From a virus (Duplodnaviria > Heunggongvirae > Uroviricota > Caudoviricetes), in IMG/VR virus record IMGVR_UViG_3300013936_000013, positions 77,246 through 141,245 of that record: a stretch of DNA of 64,000 nucleotides; one strand, given 5' to 3'. The notes below the pieces were generated by a model, which saw only the letters and a list, made by a program, of their open reading frames with translations, had not been told where the DNA came from and did no database searches. This document shows positions 32,329 to 42,680 of this stretch, piece after piece. The position numbers and the translations under genes are program-made. The first letter of the stretch is position 1. Every line of letters begins with the position of its first letter.

Positions 32329-32691
32329 TTATTCTTCGTTATTTTTAATATAATCCTTAATTGCAATATTTTCATCCATTTGCTTTTGCATCCAATCCAA
32401 TGCAATCTTTACTAGATTATTAAACTGGTCAAAAGTCAAATAAGTAGCAACCCAAGGGAACTTAGTAATTGCTGCATTGTAAACTACACGAAGTTTTAGT
32501 TCACCAGTACCACCGCCAAGTGCTTTTTCAGCTTCAGCAACCTGACCTTTTAGCCACTCCTGTAAACCTTGAATTTGCTCATCTGTTGGCTTCTTTGCAA
32601 AATCTATAACTTTTAATACCACCAGAATAATAGCTCCAATGATAGCTACTAATGGTAGAAAGTTATGAACAATAAAATTAAGAATATCCAT
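32329..32691 (-). CDS. putative holin-like protein (N-terminal TM segment, 120 aa)
   Basis: Single hydrophobic N-terminal helix; start overlaps RBS at end of endolysin gene; assignment by context. Confidence 0.4.
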   Translation of the reverse strand: MDILNFIVHNFLPLVAIIGAIILVVLKVIDFAKKPTDEQIQGLQEWLKGQVAEAEKALGGGTGELKLRVVYNAAITKFPWVATYLTFDQFNNLVKIALDWMQKQMDENIAIKDYIKNNEE

Positions 32692-32705
32692 AAATTATTT
32701 CCTCC

Positions 32706-33353
32706 TTATAAAGTCAACCAAGTTTTTTCTCCAACAATGCCATCTGCGGTTAAACCGTGGTTCTTCTACCAAGCTATAACTGCGGCTTCAGTTGTAGCTC
32801 CAAATATACCATCTGGATTTTTAATACCTAAATGACGCTATAAAACAGTAACTGCATAGCTCGTAGTACCTCCATCCCGCATACCTTTTTTTAAAGTTGG
32901 CATTAGTTCTGGAGTTGAAATGTATGTAGTGCCTACCTTACTAATCCATCTACTCTTGTAGGTTCGTACATCAACATGAACAAAGCCCGCATAGATACCA
33001 GTGCTTCTATCATATAAACCAATACCGCCACGATTCTTAAAAAAAGGCAATGATTTAATATAAAGAGCAAGCTATAAAGGTTCTACTCCTTCAATTCTAA
33101 TATCTGCGGCGGTTCCTTTGCAATGCTAACTCTATGAACTACCACCAATACTCTTGTTATATGCTACTGTTCTATATGCACTATTGATTAAAATAGGCTT
33201 TTTATAATGGTCACGAATAGTCTAAAGAACTTGAACTAATTCATTATCAATTAAAATTTCATCCGCACCATTTTTACATCTAAATTCTTTTACTGTAAAA
33301 TTAATTGATAGCTTTAAATTTCCCTAAGTTTTATATGAATATTTACTTACCAC
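32706..33353 (-). CDS. endolysin: peptidase M15 + C-terminal peptidoglycan-binding domain; 8 in-frame TAG
   Basis: Zinc-site motifs S.HCKGTAADI and GGIGLYDRSTGIYAGFVHVDVR; C-terminal ...DGIFGATTEAAVIAW[TAG]KNHGLTADGIVGEKTWLTL matches PG_binding_1 with TAG at the conserved Gln; start codon uncertain (GTG 33353 or TTG 33383). Confidence 0.7.
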
Positions 33354-33591
33354 AAGGATCTCTTCTTTCTAATTCAGACTCAATGTTATTTAAAACATTG
33401 GTTAAAATATCCTTAAAAGATTTTAGTGGAAAAATAAAACGTAGCCAACTAGCATTTTGAGTTACTAGATTATAAACATATTGCAAATCAGTTGCATTGC
33501 TTTTGAGATAAAGCAACATTCCCTAAGTAACAATTTTCATTAGATGAATGTTACCATGAGAAAGTTCTTCAAGTAATACTTTTTCATCCAT
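33343..33591 (-). CDS. hypothetical small protein (82 aa); 1 in-frame TAG
   Basis: AAAAGGAGAG RBS + ATG 33591. Confidence 0.4.
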
Positions 33592-33689
33592 TTTTAAGTT
33601 CTCTCCTTTTGAAAATTGTATATAATAAAAGAGCTGTAATTAACTTACAACTCTTCAAAAACTATTTTATGATTATTTTATCGTTTCAA

Positions 33690-34937
33690 TTACAAAAGTT
33701 GTGCCAATTCAGCAATACGGCTTCTATGCACCTTACGAAGAGTAACTTCGCCATATAGGTCTTCACCGCGGAAGACTTCACTCACTCGCCGCATACCATT
33801 ATTAACACCAGCATACTGAGCTAAATCAACCTGAGCATCAGAGTCACCATCAAGAATCATAATACAATCATTACCAACGCGCTCAAGAGCAAGTTTCATA
33901 AGTTCAATATCCATGTTCTGAGCTTCTGTAATATATACGCCAGCTTTCATGCCCGATGTATCATATCCGCGGATATCAGACATAGGAAGGAAGATTAGCT
34001 TATGCCCATCAATTAATGCTTGAACAGCTTCTTTATCTCCCAACTTACTAGCGAACAAATTACCAATCTGTGCATCAATTAGCTTCTCATCCTTAGTGCC
34101 AGGATAGAATCCAAGTCTTGCAGAACCTGCAGTCGCAACTGTATTACAAAATACAACAATCTTATCAATTCTACCCTTTTCCAGCTGAGAAAATAGATAA
34201 CTAAAAGCAAGGAAAGATTTACCACTACCTGCTTTACCACGAAGCATAGTAATCTGATTTCGATAGAGCGAATCCATTGCACAAGCCTGTTCAATATCAA
34301 GAGGTTTAATGCTGCCGAACATTTGACTCTCAAAAGTCAAATAATGAACATGAGTTAATCCGTTTTCAGTCCATTTATAAACTTCATTCAAAAGTTCTCC
34401 ATTATGGCGAATAAGCAGATATTCATTTAAATATAATTCAAAAATATTATCTTCTCTGATGGAATCAAAATCAGAATAAAAATCTGCAAGCTCCTTATCA
34501 TTCATATCTACTTCTTTATAGCCTGTATAAGTGTCTTCATCAGAAGCAGAAAGATAAATAGTAGAAAGTCCGATTGCGGCTGCTAGCTCTTTGCAGCATA
34601 AGTCCTGAGTTACAAAAACTACACCATGCTCAAAGTTCTCAATGGCATAAGACTGTGCCTGAGCAATAATTTTACTATCATTAGTTCCTTCAGGAAGCAT
34701 AGTCAAATATCGCGCAGTATCTAGGTCATCCGCATGAAACAAATCAACCTTATATTTATCTTCATTCTCATCCAAGAGATGAATTAGCTTTCGTGCTTTA
34801 TATTTAGTTGCTTCATCTTTTGTAGCAGAAGTCTTAATATGTTCAAGCTCTTGAAGGGTAATAGAACTAATTACGAAAAAATCCTCAAAAGCCTTCTGCT
34901 GTAAAGTCAGGAGTGCACAAGTATCATAATAATACAT
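33690..34937 (-). CDS. phoH: PIN-domain + PhoH-like ATPase
   Basis: Walker A GKAGSGKSFLA; N-terminal PIN-like acidic residues; 415 aa. Confidence 0.7.
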   Translation of the reverse strand: MYYYDTCALLTLQQKAFEDFFVISSITLQELEHIKTSATKDEATKYKARKLIHLLDENEDKYKVDLFHADDLDTARYLTMLPEGTNDSKIIAQAQSYAIENFEHGVVFVTQDLCCKELAAAIGLSTIYLSASDEDTYTGYKEVDMNDKELADFYSDFDSIREDNIFELYLNEYLLIRHNGELLNEVYKWTENGLTHVHYLTFESQMFGSIKPLDIEQACAMDSLYRNQITMLRGKAGSGKSFLAFSYLFSQLEKGRIDKIVVFCNTVATAGSARLGFYPGTKDEKLIDAQIGNLFASKLGDKEAVQALIDGHKLIFLPMSDIRGYDTSGMKAGVYITEAQNMDIELMKLALERVGNDCIMILDGDSDAQVDLAQYAGVNNGMRRVSEVFRGEDLYGEVTLRKVHRSRIAELAQLL

Positions 34938-35037
34938 TTGGTATTAGGTCTCTCCTTTGTTAATAAAATAATCTTTGTTTAATATAAATATATTTTATAT
35001 TACAATATATTATAAAAAACAAAGATAATAATTTAAT

Positions 35038-35484
35038 TTAATTTGCCCGTGGCTTAAGTTTCTTCATGGTCTTTTCCATAAGCTGACATTTAAGTGTAAC
35101 GGTCTCATAAGCAGCTTTGATAAATTTATCATAAGCCATGACCTCTTCATTGCATTCATAAATCATTCTTCGTGCTTTTGACATTGCGGGATCCTTAGCA
35201 TTAAAACTTGTCATACCTGAAACAATATGATAATACTCACTCATCATCTTATATTTATCGACAGCGTGACGACGCTTCTCTTTTACATATTTAATACAAG
35301 CACGAATTTCAGCAATTTCACCACCAAAAATTTTAGATTCCCATTCATAATCTCGCTTATGACAAGTAGCAGTACCAACAAACAAGCCACAATCAGTGCT
35401 AATAGTAACAAAAGCCGTATGAGCGTTTTCATCATATCGAGAATTAATAATAGTATATTTAGGCTTTACAGACATGAATAGCAT
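35038..35484 (-). CDS. hypothetical protein (148 aa)
   Basis: Intact ORF. Confidence 0.45.
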   Translation of the reverse strand: MLFMSVKPKYTIINSRYDENAHTAFVTISTDCGLFVGTATCHKRDYEWESKIFGGEIAEIRACIKYVKEKRRHAVDKYKMMSEYYHIVSGMTSFNAKDPAMSKARRMIYECNEEVMAYDKFIKAAYETVTLKCQLMEKTMKKLKPRAN

Positions 35485-36017
35485 TCCTCAACTTTCTTAT
35501 TAAAATCTGCCATAATCTCTTCAAGAGAAACAGGATAGCAATTATGAGAATCAACACCTACATGATACATATAGGGCTTATCATTATAAAAATTAGTAGT
35601 CTGATGAGTATGACCATAAAGATTGATGACTGCGGTTTTAGGATCTGCTTCTAGATTACTAGTTTCAGTAGGATAATGCGAAAGATAAAATCTATGCTTC
35701 GCCGCATCAAGAATATTAGCATAAGTCACATCATCAGAAAGAGTTTTATAAAACTTAACTCTATTGCTATTGTCGTGGTTGCCAATAATAAAATGCTTTT
35801 TACCGTTAAGTGCGGCTACCAGTGGCTTACTTTCTTCCAACTTACCAAGCATAGTATCGCCTAACAGATAAAGGTCATCTTCAGGCTTAACTAAAGAGTT
35901 AAAATGCTCAATAATAGTCTGGTTCATTTCTTCCAAAGTCTCAAAACCGCGCGCCTGATAAATGAACTCTCTGTTGTGATTGAGGTGTAGGTCTGAAGAA
36001 AACCAAATATTAGACAT
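35466..36017 (-). CDS. calcineurin-like metallophosphoesterase
   Basis: Motifs DLHLNH, GDTM, GNHD, GHTH. Confidence 0.65.
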   Translation of the reverse strand: MSNIWFSSDLHLNHNREFIYQARGFETLEEMNQTIIEHFNSLVKPEDDLYLLGDTMLGKLEESKPLVAALNGKKHFIIGNHDNSNRVKFYKTLSDDVTYANILDAAKHRFYLSHYPTETSNLEADPKTAVINLYGHTHQTTNFYNDKPYMYHVGVDSHNCYPVSLEEIMADFNKKVEECYSCL

Positions 36018-36327
36018 TTGTATTCTCCTTTCTTATAATCATTTTGAATTGTCCATAAGGATTCTTTCTATTGCCATCTACGTCAAAATTTCCATTGTCA
36101 AATTCAAAACGAAAATCTTCAAGTCGATAAGCTCCAAATGGACGAATTTCTACGTGATTATGCTCTTCACGACAATGTGGGCAATAAAGATTTTTAAGAT
36201 GCCCTGCTTCTCGCTGCTTTTTCTTAGCTCTTGGAAGTGACATACTTAGATTTCCGCATTTAGTACAATAAAAATCACTCATATAAAACTGATTATTCAT
36301 CGAGGAGTCACCTGCTCCTTCTCCCAA
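36010..36327 (-). CDS. Zn-ribbon protein (105 aa)
   Basis: CTKCG...CPHC motifs. Confidence 0.45.
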   Translation of the reverse strand: MGEGAGDSSMNNQFYMSDFYCTKCGNLSMSLPRAKKKQREAGHLKNLYCPHCREEHNHVEIRPFGAYRLEDFRFEFDNGNFDVDGNRKNPYGQFKMIIRKENTNV

Positions 36328-36572
36328 GAAATAAAGATTCGATAAGCAGTTTCTCCATATTTCATAATCATGGATTCTCCATGCTTATATTCTACTTTTG
36401 TACACAGATATCCTGCTTGAGTAAGAATTGCCGAAATAGCTCTAACTTCATCGTCAGTATAAAAACTTACCGTAGTGGTTTCTAAATAGCCACTTTCTGC
36501 GGCAGTGATAATTTCCTGTTCAACCTTGCCAAGCAACTGTGCTTTTTCTCTTGCCATACTTGCAGTAATCAT
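36297..36572 (-). CDS. hypothetical protein (91 aa)
   Basis: Intact ORF. Confidence 0.45.
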   Translation of the reverse strand: MITASMAREKAQLLGKVEQEIITAAESGYLETTTVSFYTDDEVRAISAILTQAGYLCTKVEYKHGESMIMKYGETAYRIFISWEKEQVTPR

Positions 36573-36596
36573 ATTTTACATATCCTTTCTATTTCT

Positions 36597-36664
36597 TATA
36601 TTATAATTATATCATATTTTATAAAAAAAATCAACGATGGATTTTTAACTATCCATCGTTGATT
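36597..36664 (-). promoter_or_regulatory. terminator hairpin + conserved TGATATAAT promoter cassette
   Basis: aatcaacgatgga...tccatcgttgatt hairpin then tatattataattatatcat motif. Confidence 0.55.
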
Positions 36665-36670
36665 TATTAT

Positions 36671-37906
36671 TTATGCCTTTTTCTTCTCCAAGAACTTGTT
36701 AGATACGTTCTTGAAACTAAAGCTACCATCATTAGGGTCTCGATAAACGATGCCTTCACGCAGAACAGCAGGATTTACAACAGACTTACCATCTGCCAGA
36801 GCCTTCATCTCTTCCATGGTATCAGGATTAACCCACTCAGTAGACAAGATAGGAACCCACTTCATATCCCAACTCTTCAAAATCTCTTGACCCTCAAGAG
36901 AGGAAATACGACCTACATCAGAACGAATGAAATTGAAACCGTAGAAATCATTTTCCTTCAACTTCAGCGGATTGCCCTGCACATTGCCAACAGACTCACC
37001 CTGTACGCAAACATACTTCAACTCAGGATTATCCTTCAGATACTGCTTCAAATGATTCTCAATATCATACTTAAATGCCATCTCCCAATAAATGTTATCA
37101 TCGTGATAGCACTCCTGCTCAGGAGTCAGCTGACGAACATTGCGGGAAAGCACATAAAACTCAAACTTATTGAAAGGCTTACGCTCCAGAATATAGGTAC
37201 TAGAAGTACCATCCAGCTTTTCACTAGCAATCAGCTTACGCTTATCCTTCAATACAAAAGGCATATTCTCAACGCGCTCTTCATCAGTCTTATGAATATA
37301 CTCAAAATGGGTCGGAAAATGAGTAGGAATCTTATCTCGCTTCTTACCGAAGAAAACAAACAGAATCTTACGACCCCAAGAAGTCTTCATCAGCTTACGG
37401 AAAATAGGCTTCTTAAACAGCTTAGCATTACGCTGCGCCATTGCCTTATACTTCTGATTTGGGTCTGCGGTAACATTAGCCTTTCGCGCATTATCTGCGG
37501 CATCAGCATAAGTTACACCCAAAATTTCGGTAACACCATCACCCAGATGCAGCTCAACACCCTTATCAGTCTTAATGGTAGGCTCGCCACCAACAGGAGT
37601 AACAACAGTCCAACCATCAAAATCCAGCGGATGCATCAGCAAACCCTGAGACAAAACCTTGCACATTCTCTGAGTCTTAATCTTATATTTCTTAGACTCA
37701 AGGAAAGAAAACTCTTCAGCTGCAGGAACCTGACTATCTACCTCAAAATAGATAGCAATATCGCCAACCTTAAACTGGTCTTTCTTTACAACACACCACC
37801 AACCATTAGTACGAGCATACTCAACTCGGTCATAATTAGGAATAGGCTTAATCTCATCAACAGTAACCAAATAAGCAAGCTCACGCTGACCATTCTTATT
37901 CAACAT
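36671..37906 (-). CDS. ATP-dependent RNA/DNA ligase-like nucleotidyltransferase
   Basis: Motif I KLDGTS within 411-aa ORF; family assignment tentative. Confidence 0.5.
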   Translation of the reverse strand: MLNKNGQRELAYLVTVDEIKPIPNYDRVEYARTNGWWCVVKKDQFKVGDIAIYFEVDSQVPAAEEFSFLESKKYKIKTQRMCKVLSQGLLMHPLDFDGWTVVTPVGGEPTIKTDKGVELHLGDGVTEILGVTYADAADNARKANVTADPNQKYKAMAQRNAKLFKKPIFRKLMKTSWGRKILFVFFGKKRDKIPTHFPTHFEYIHKTDEERVENMPFVLKDKRKLIASEKLDGTSSTYILERKPFNKFEFYVLSRNVRQLTPEQECYHDDNIYWEMAFKYDIENHLKQYLKDNPELKYVCVQGESVGNVQGNPLKLKENDFYGFNFIRSDVGRISSLEGQEILKSWDMKWVPILSTEWVNPDTMEEMKALADGKSVVNPAVLREGIVYRDPNDGSFSFKNVSNKFLEKKKA

Positions 37907-37924
37907 ATAGACATCCCTCCAAAG

Positions 37925-38278
37925 TTAAATCATAGAACTGTAATAAGTTTCTTCTTCGTACTCGCGACGTTCCTGCTCCTCGCGAGTCCCGCAGAACTCA
38001 TAAAGCATCCCCGCAGACTCAATAGTAACTTCATTACCGCCTGCGGTGTTGATATGAATGGTTTCTCCGACACAATAATCAAAAATCATTTCGACAGAAG
38101 CATCATCAAAGTAATTACAAAAAATATCATTTGCGGCTTCCCAGAAAAAATCAATGTAATTATCTCTATTGATGTTAATGCCGACTGCATCTAGCGCATT
38201 ATCAATCTCCAAATCCTGAGCCACACTCTTTTTAAGATTTTCAACAATCACAATAAAAATTTCTTTTGTCATTTTCAT
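37925..38278 (-). CDS. acidic hypothetical protein (117 aa)
   Basis: Intact ORF. Confidence 0.4.
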   Translation of the reverse strand: MKMTKEIFIVIVENLKKSVAQDLEIDNALDAVGININRDNYIDFFWEAANDIFCNYFDDASVEMIFDYCVGETIHINTAGGNEVTIESAGMLYEFCGTREEQERREYEEETYYSSMI

Positions 38279-38336
38279 TTCCCCTTTCTTTATATATATT
38301 ATATCATTTTTTTAATAAAAAATAAAGATACAATTT

Positions 38337-38528
38337 TTAAATTGAGTAAAAATGAAATTGTACCATAACTACCCAATAGAAAAAGGTTAAAAGTGAAGAA
38401 AAAATAATACCAATAGCATAACAAAAATCAGGTTCATTAGGATGATAACTTTTACAAAAATTAGTTGCTAATCTTCTAGTGATAAAACAAAAAACGCATC
38501 CAATGATAAAAATAATATAATTAAGCAT
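38337..38528 (-). CDS. small membrane protein (63 aa)
   Basis: Two hydrophobic segments. Confidence 0.35.
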   Translation of the reverse strand: MLNYIIFIIGCVFCFITRRLATNFCKSYHPNEPDFCYAIGIIFSSLLTFFYWVVMVQFHFYSI

Positions 38529-38537
38529 TTTGTTTCC

Positions 38538-38735
38538 TTAACCAAAAAAAGTTCGCATAATGAAATATAAAGCACAAACATCACCTAGCATTAGGTTATA
38601 AATATTAACATTTACATCCATACTAGAATCATTCTTTGTCTGATGCATTTTAACCATCAGATAAATTTCAACACAGCAAAAAGCAAGCTGAATAATACTA
38701 TAAATAATTTCACCCATTATGAATAACCTCCTCAA
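38538..38735 (-). CDS. small membrane protein (65 aa)
   Basis: Hydrophobic. Confidence 0.35.
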   Translation of the reverse strand: MRRLFIMGEIIYSIIQLAFCCVEIYLMVKMHQTKNDSSMDVNVNIYNLMLGDVCALYFIMRTFFG

Positions 38736-38979
38736 TCTTCATACCCCATACTTCAAAATGCTCAGTGTGAGAACCAACATCAATAGTAATACAATTTTCT
38801 TTAGTGGAATAAAGTCGTTGATAATAAGAATGATAATTATGGTCTGCAAGAAAACCCATAATAATTTTCATGCAATCTTGCCATTGCGCGGCATCGCCTA
38901 TCTGCCGCAACGTACCTAAGCTATCACTAAAATATACAGATGCCATTAACAATCCTCCAAAACATAAGTTGCTTTGCAC
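38710..38979 (-). CDS. hypothetical protein (89 aa)
   Basis: Intact ORF. Confidence 0.35.
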   Translation of the reverse strand: MQSNLCFGGLLMASVYFSDSLGTLRQIGDAAQWQDCMKIIMGFLADHNYHSYYQRLYSTKENCITIDVGSHTEHFEVWGMKIEEVIHNG

Positions 38980-39191
38980 TTTTGAATTTTAATTGTCGGA
39001 CTCAAATCTGCTTTATTTTTTGCGATAAAAGACTGTGCTGCTTCATATGAATAAAACTGTTCAGCCCATTCCACCTTAGAATACCAGATAAAAGCAAAAT
39101 TATATCCATCCCATTCAGGATAAAGATAAGAGCCATTGTCAGTAATTACATAAAATTCACTGTTCACTATTGTCTGTCCCATCCTCTCCAT
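38946..39191 (-). CDS. hypothetical protein (81 aa)
   Basis: Intact ORF. Confidence 0.35.
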   Translation of the reverse strand: MERMGQTIVNSEFYVITDNGSYLYPEWDGYNFAFIWYSKVEWAEQFYSYEAAQSFIAKNKADLSPTIKIQKCKATYVLEDC

Positions 39192-39369
39192 AATAAGCCT
39201 GAATCAAAGCAACAATAATATCTCCTACAATCTCATAAAGGATTTCCCATGCAATAGGAATAAAAATTAAATTCCAAGGTGCGTTAATAAAGCCAAGAAT
39301 TTTAAGATATGCCGCAATAAAAAACATACCTTCAAAAATTACATTCATGCACAAATCTCCTTTTTCCAA
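39157..39369 (-). CDS. small membrane protein (70 aa)
   Basis: Hydrophobic. Confidence 0.35.
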   Translation of the reverse strand: MEKGDLCMNVIFEGMFFIAAYLKILGFINAPWNLIFIPIAWEILYEIVGDIIVALIQAYYGEDGTDNSEQ

Positions 39370-39935
39370 TTACCGCCATAGCATTTACCATCACTAGACA
39401 TTTTTTTCTTAATTCTTTTTACAATAGTAGCATAATCATCAGAAACACCATATTTATTAATGACAAATGCAACCACTTCTTCCCAAGAGTCAAAAATAAT
39501 TTTATTACTACCATCTTTAGGAGAATACTTAATAATAAAAGGAAGAACACTCTTCTGCACTACTTTTACACGCGGCTTCCGAGTCTGGCGAACATCAATC
39601 ACTTGCTCGTAGTCTGCTTGAGCCCGCCGCATATTTTCTTCTTTAGTAACCCATTCAAGATTTTTAACAGAATTATCTCTTTTGTTGTGGTTCAGATGGT
39701 CAATAGTCATTTCTTTAGGGTTGTCACAAGGAATCCAAGTCAATGCTACAACACGATGAGCAAGCTGACCTTTAACTCGGCAATAACCATTACTTCCAAT
39801 TTTAATAGAAACAATTTTATTGTCTTTATTTTTGAAATGCCCTTGATTAGACACCCAAAGCTGAAATTCTTCATTCCAACGCCACCGCTCAATATTCAAA
39901 GTAAAACTCGGAAGCATAATTCCAAAAAGCATCAT
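39345..39935 (-). CDS. HNH endonuclease (HNH_3 type, homing-endonuclease-like)
   Basis: GQLAHRVVALTW...DHLNHNKRDNSVKNLEWVTKEEN. Confidence 0.7.
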   Translation of the reverse strand: MMLFGIMLPSFTLNIERWRWNEEFQLWVSNQGHFKNKDNKIVSIKIGSNGYCRVKGQLAHRVVALTWIPCDNPKEMTIDHLNHNKRDNSVKNLEWVTKEENMRRAQADYEQVIDVRQTRKPRVKVVQKSVLPFIIKYSPKDGSNKIIFDSWEEVVAFVINKYGVSDDYATIVKRIKKKMSSDGKCYGGNWKKEICA

Positions 39936-39977
39936 TAAGCAACAACCCTTTCTTTTGTTTACTTTTTTCCTTTACTG

Positions 39978-40046
39978 TATATATATTATATCATTTTTTT
40001 AATAAAAAATAAAGAGGTAATTTTCCTTTTGAGAAAATACCTCTTA
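39978..40046 (-). promoter_or_regulatory. conserved TGATATAAT promoter + terminator hairpin cassette
   Basis: ctgtatatatattatatcattttttt motif; aaagaggtaattttcc...gagaaaatacctctt hairpin. Confidence 0.55.
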
Positions 40047-40053
40047 TAGTTAA

Positions 40054-40893
40054 TTACTTATTATTATTAAGCACAGGAATCGCGGTTTCCCCACCTACAT
40101 ATTGCGGCAGTTCTCCATTCCACTTCTGCATCTCCTGATAACGAATCAAAGCATCAGAAAGACTCTCTGCAAGCATTTTGTTAGCATTAGCCTGTGCTTC
40201 TGCTTCAATCGCAGTCTTTTGAGCTTCAGCTTCTGCGTTAGTGATTGCTACCTGCTTGTCTGCTTCTGCCTTAGCAATAGCGGCTTCGTTTTCAATCTTC
40301 TGCTTAGCCGCATTCTGCTGAGCAATAGACTTTTCCTGAATGGCAGTATTATATGCATCCTCAAAATCCATATTGTTAATTACAACCTTATTAACAAAAA
40401 CAACATCTTCACCATACTTCTGATTCAGAGACTCTGCCAACTTAGTCTGGACAAGAGGTTCAATCTTAGTACGGTTGGTGACGTCCTGCGGAGAGAGCTC
40501 ACCCATAGCAGACTTTACCGCAGAAGCGACAAGTGCATCACTAACTAGATTTTTAATATCAGTTACGTTAGTATAAATCCAAACAGACTTTTCAGGCTGA
40601 ATCTGGTAAGTAACAGTAAGATCAGCCGCATAAACAGGAGTCTTATCATTAGTTTCGCCCCAAATCTGAGACTCAATTTTCTTATCCTGCTGTTTGTTGT
40701 TTACCTTTGCAATAGACTGGACAAAAGGAATAGTGAAATTAAGCTGTCCACTCTTAATCTCAGTCTCTTGAACCTGACCAAAACTAGTTTTAACGCCAGT
40801 ATAGCCAGTAGGAATGATAGTAATATTAGTAATTGCAATGACAAGAATCAAAACAATAGCAACAATACTACCAATAGTCTTAAATTTTTTCAT
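40054..40893 (-). CDS. SPFH/band-7 (prohibitin-like) domain membrane protein
   Basis: N-terminal TM then TGYTGVKTSFGQVQETEIKSGQLNFTIPFVQSIAKV SPFH core, C-terminal Ala/Glu-rich coiled coil. Confidence 0.65.
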   Translation of the reverse strand: MKKFKTIGSIVAIVLILVIAITNITIIPTGYTGVKTSFGQVQETEIKSGQLNFTIPFVQSIAKVNNKQQDKKIESQIWGETNDKTPVYAADLTVTYQIQPEKSVWIYTNVTDIKNLVSDALVASAVKSAMGELSPQDVTNRTKIEPLVQTKLAESLNQKYGEDVVFVNKVVINNMDFEDAYNTAIQEKSIAQQNAAKQKIENEAAIAKAEADKQVAITNAEAEAQKTAIEAEAQANANKMLAESLSDALIRYQEMQKWNGELPQYVGGETAIPVLNNNK

Positions 40894-41630
40894 TACATAC
40901 TCTCCTTTGTTTTTACCATAAATGCGGCTGCTTGAGCCAAAAACTCACGCCAATATGTCCGACTATCCATATAATTTTCAGTAAAATATTTTACTAAAGT
41001 AGGATTAGTACTTTCGCACTCAAGCAGAGTCAAATCTGTACCAGAAAAAACTTCATCGCTACATTTAGTTTCAACCCATGCGGATGCTTCATCGTCAGGA
41101 ATCCACATAGCATCACTATAATCCTCACCTGCGGCAAGCTGTTGAAGCAATCGAACTAATCGACAACAATGAATATACTGTTTACCAGTCAAGAAATCTC
41201 TTCGAGTCATGGCTTTAATCATAGCTCGAATTTTATCATAGAAAACTGCAGGACAAGCTAAAGCAATTTCTTGAGCATAGTTCTGATAATAACTTTGATA
41301 AATATCTTTATATTTATTATTAATCCATTCCCATTGAGAGAATAAAGGCTCAACTGCCATAGGAGAAAGAGTTAAAAGATTTTTGTTAAAGGCTTTCAAG
41401 TCTTTCACTACAATATGATGGTCTTCCAACTCATAAGTAGTACTGACTTCTTTCTCACAAAGAAGAGATTTAATACTTGGAACAAGGACAACTACAGAAT
41501 CTACGTCGCTATTATCTGTATCCAAATTATAGTTCTGAGAACCATAAAGAAAAGCTCCAAGAACATCATAATTAGGATATTTCTCTTTGATAAATTCAGC
41601 ATCAGCCATTAAAGACTTGATATAATTCAT
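40893..41630 (-). CDS. Pol-beta-superfamily nucleotidyltransferase domain protein
   Basis: LYGSQNYNLDTDNSDVD (GS...DxD) motif; ATGA overlap with SPFH gene. Confidence 0.55.
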   Translation of the reverse strand: MNYIKSLMADAEFIKEKYPNYDVLGAFLYGSQNYNLDTDNSDVDSVVVLVPSIKSLLCEKEVSTTYELEDHHIVVKDLKAFNKNLLTLSPMAVEPLFSQWEWINNKYKDIYQSYYQNYAQEIALACPAVFYDKIRAMIKAMTRRDFLTGKQYIHCCRLVRLLQQLAAGEDYSDAMWIPDDEASAWVETKCSDEVFSGTDLTLLECESTNPTLVKYFTENYMDSRTYWREFLAQAAAFMVKTKESM

Positions 41631-41651
41631 CTATTCTTTTCTCCTTTTCTT

Positions 41652-41713
41652 ATGTATATATTATATCATAATTTTTATAAAAAATAAATAGCTAATTTTA
41701 TTAATTAGCTATT
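41652..41713 (-). promoter_or_regulatory. conserved TGATATAAT promoter + terminator hairpin
   Basis: atgtatatattatatcat motif; aatagctaatttt...aattagctatt hairpin. Confidence 0.5.
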
Positions 41714-42634
41714 ATTCATTACAATTTTAGTACCTTTTACTCCCATATTGGTTACAGTAGCAATATGATACTTTTCCATTTTTTCCATCACTGACTTATA
41801 GACTGTGCGGCTGATGCCAGTTTCAGTAATGATTTTAGATATAGATATGATGCATTCATTGTCCTTCAACCGCGCACAAATCTCATTGTATGCCATCTTC
41901 TCTGTTGAAGTCAAAAATTCTAAGATGTCAACCCCTTCCACCGTACTTTGAAAAGAATCGCGCAATAACGCTACAACGCCCTTCTCTGCTAAATAACTAA
42001 TATTTGCATTAGGCTTGCTATCTGGTATCTGACGATAAAAGCCTTTAACTTGGTCTTTTGTATTTTGGACAATAGCAGGAATGTCTAATACATTAGGGTC
42101 AGTACTAAGACAGTCTGTTAAGAAATACTTCACATAATCATCTGTTGGATGAAAAGCATCTTTATAAGAAGAACCCTGTGAAACCATTTTAGTAATAGTA
42201 AATAGTTTCATTAATTCAAAATACTCTGCGGTTGTCTCTGGATTCCCTTGCGGCATCCGCCCATAAATATCTGAAATGAAATGCTTTTTAATATAAAGAG
42301 AATTTTTAATAGAGTCTTGGAAAAATTGATTATTAAAGCATTTGTTATAAAGACCTTTATATCTTTCATTTACCTTTTGATATGAAGAATAAAAAGTCTC
42401 TAGCTAAAATGAATATCCGTTCATCAAATCATAAGGAAGTTCTTTAATTGATGAAAGAACAATATTGAATTGATAATCATTATAAGTAAAATATAAAGTC
42501 TTTTCTTGCTTTACATCTTTATCTCTTTTGCATAAATCTTCAAAAGTAGGAAGATAATAACCAGAGAAAAAGATTTCTTTATAAGATTGAGCGAATCCAT
42601 AATTAGCATTACCAATTATAGATAATAAAAACAA
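41705..42634 (-). CDS. hypothetical protein with C-terminal helix-turn-helix (possible transcription regulator); 1 in-frame TAG; TTG start
   Basis: ORFs 42404..42634 and 41705..42256 are joined in-frame by a single TAG; AGGAG RBS before TTG; C-terminal ...ISKIITETGISRTVYKSVMEKM looks like an HTH. Confidence 0.45.
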
Positions 42635-42680
42635 ACGTGGCTCCTAATCAATAGCAGCATGATAAGCAGCATTAAAAATA

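Noticed and set aside
36659-38194. 511-aa plus-strand ORF (Leu/Ile-rich, low complexity)
   Set aside because: Lies entirely antisense to the well-supported ligase-like and neighbouring minus-strand genes. Its composition is what the reverse complement of AT-rich coding sequence gives. No RBS or promoter.
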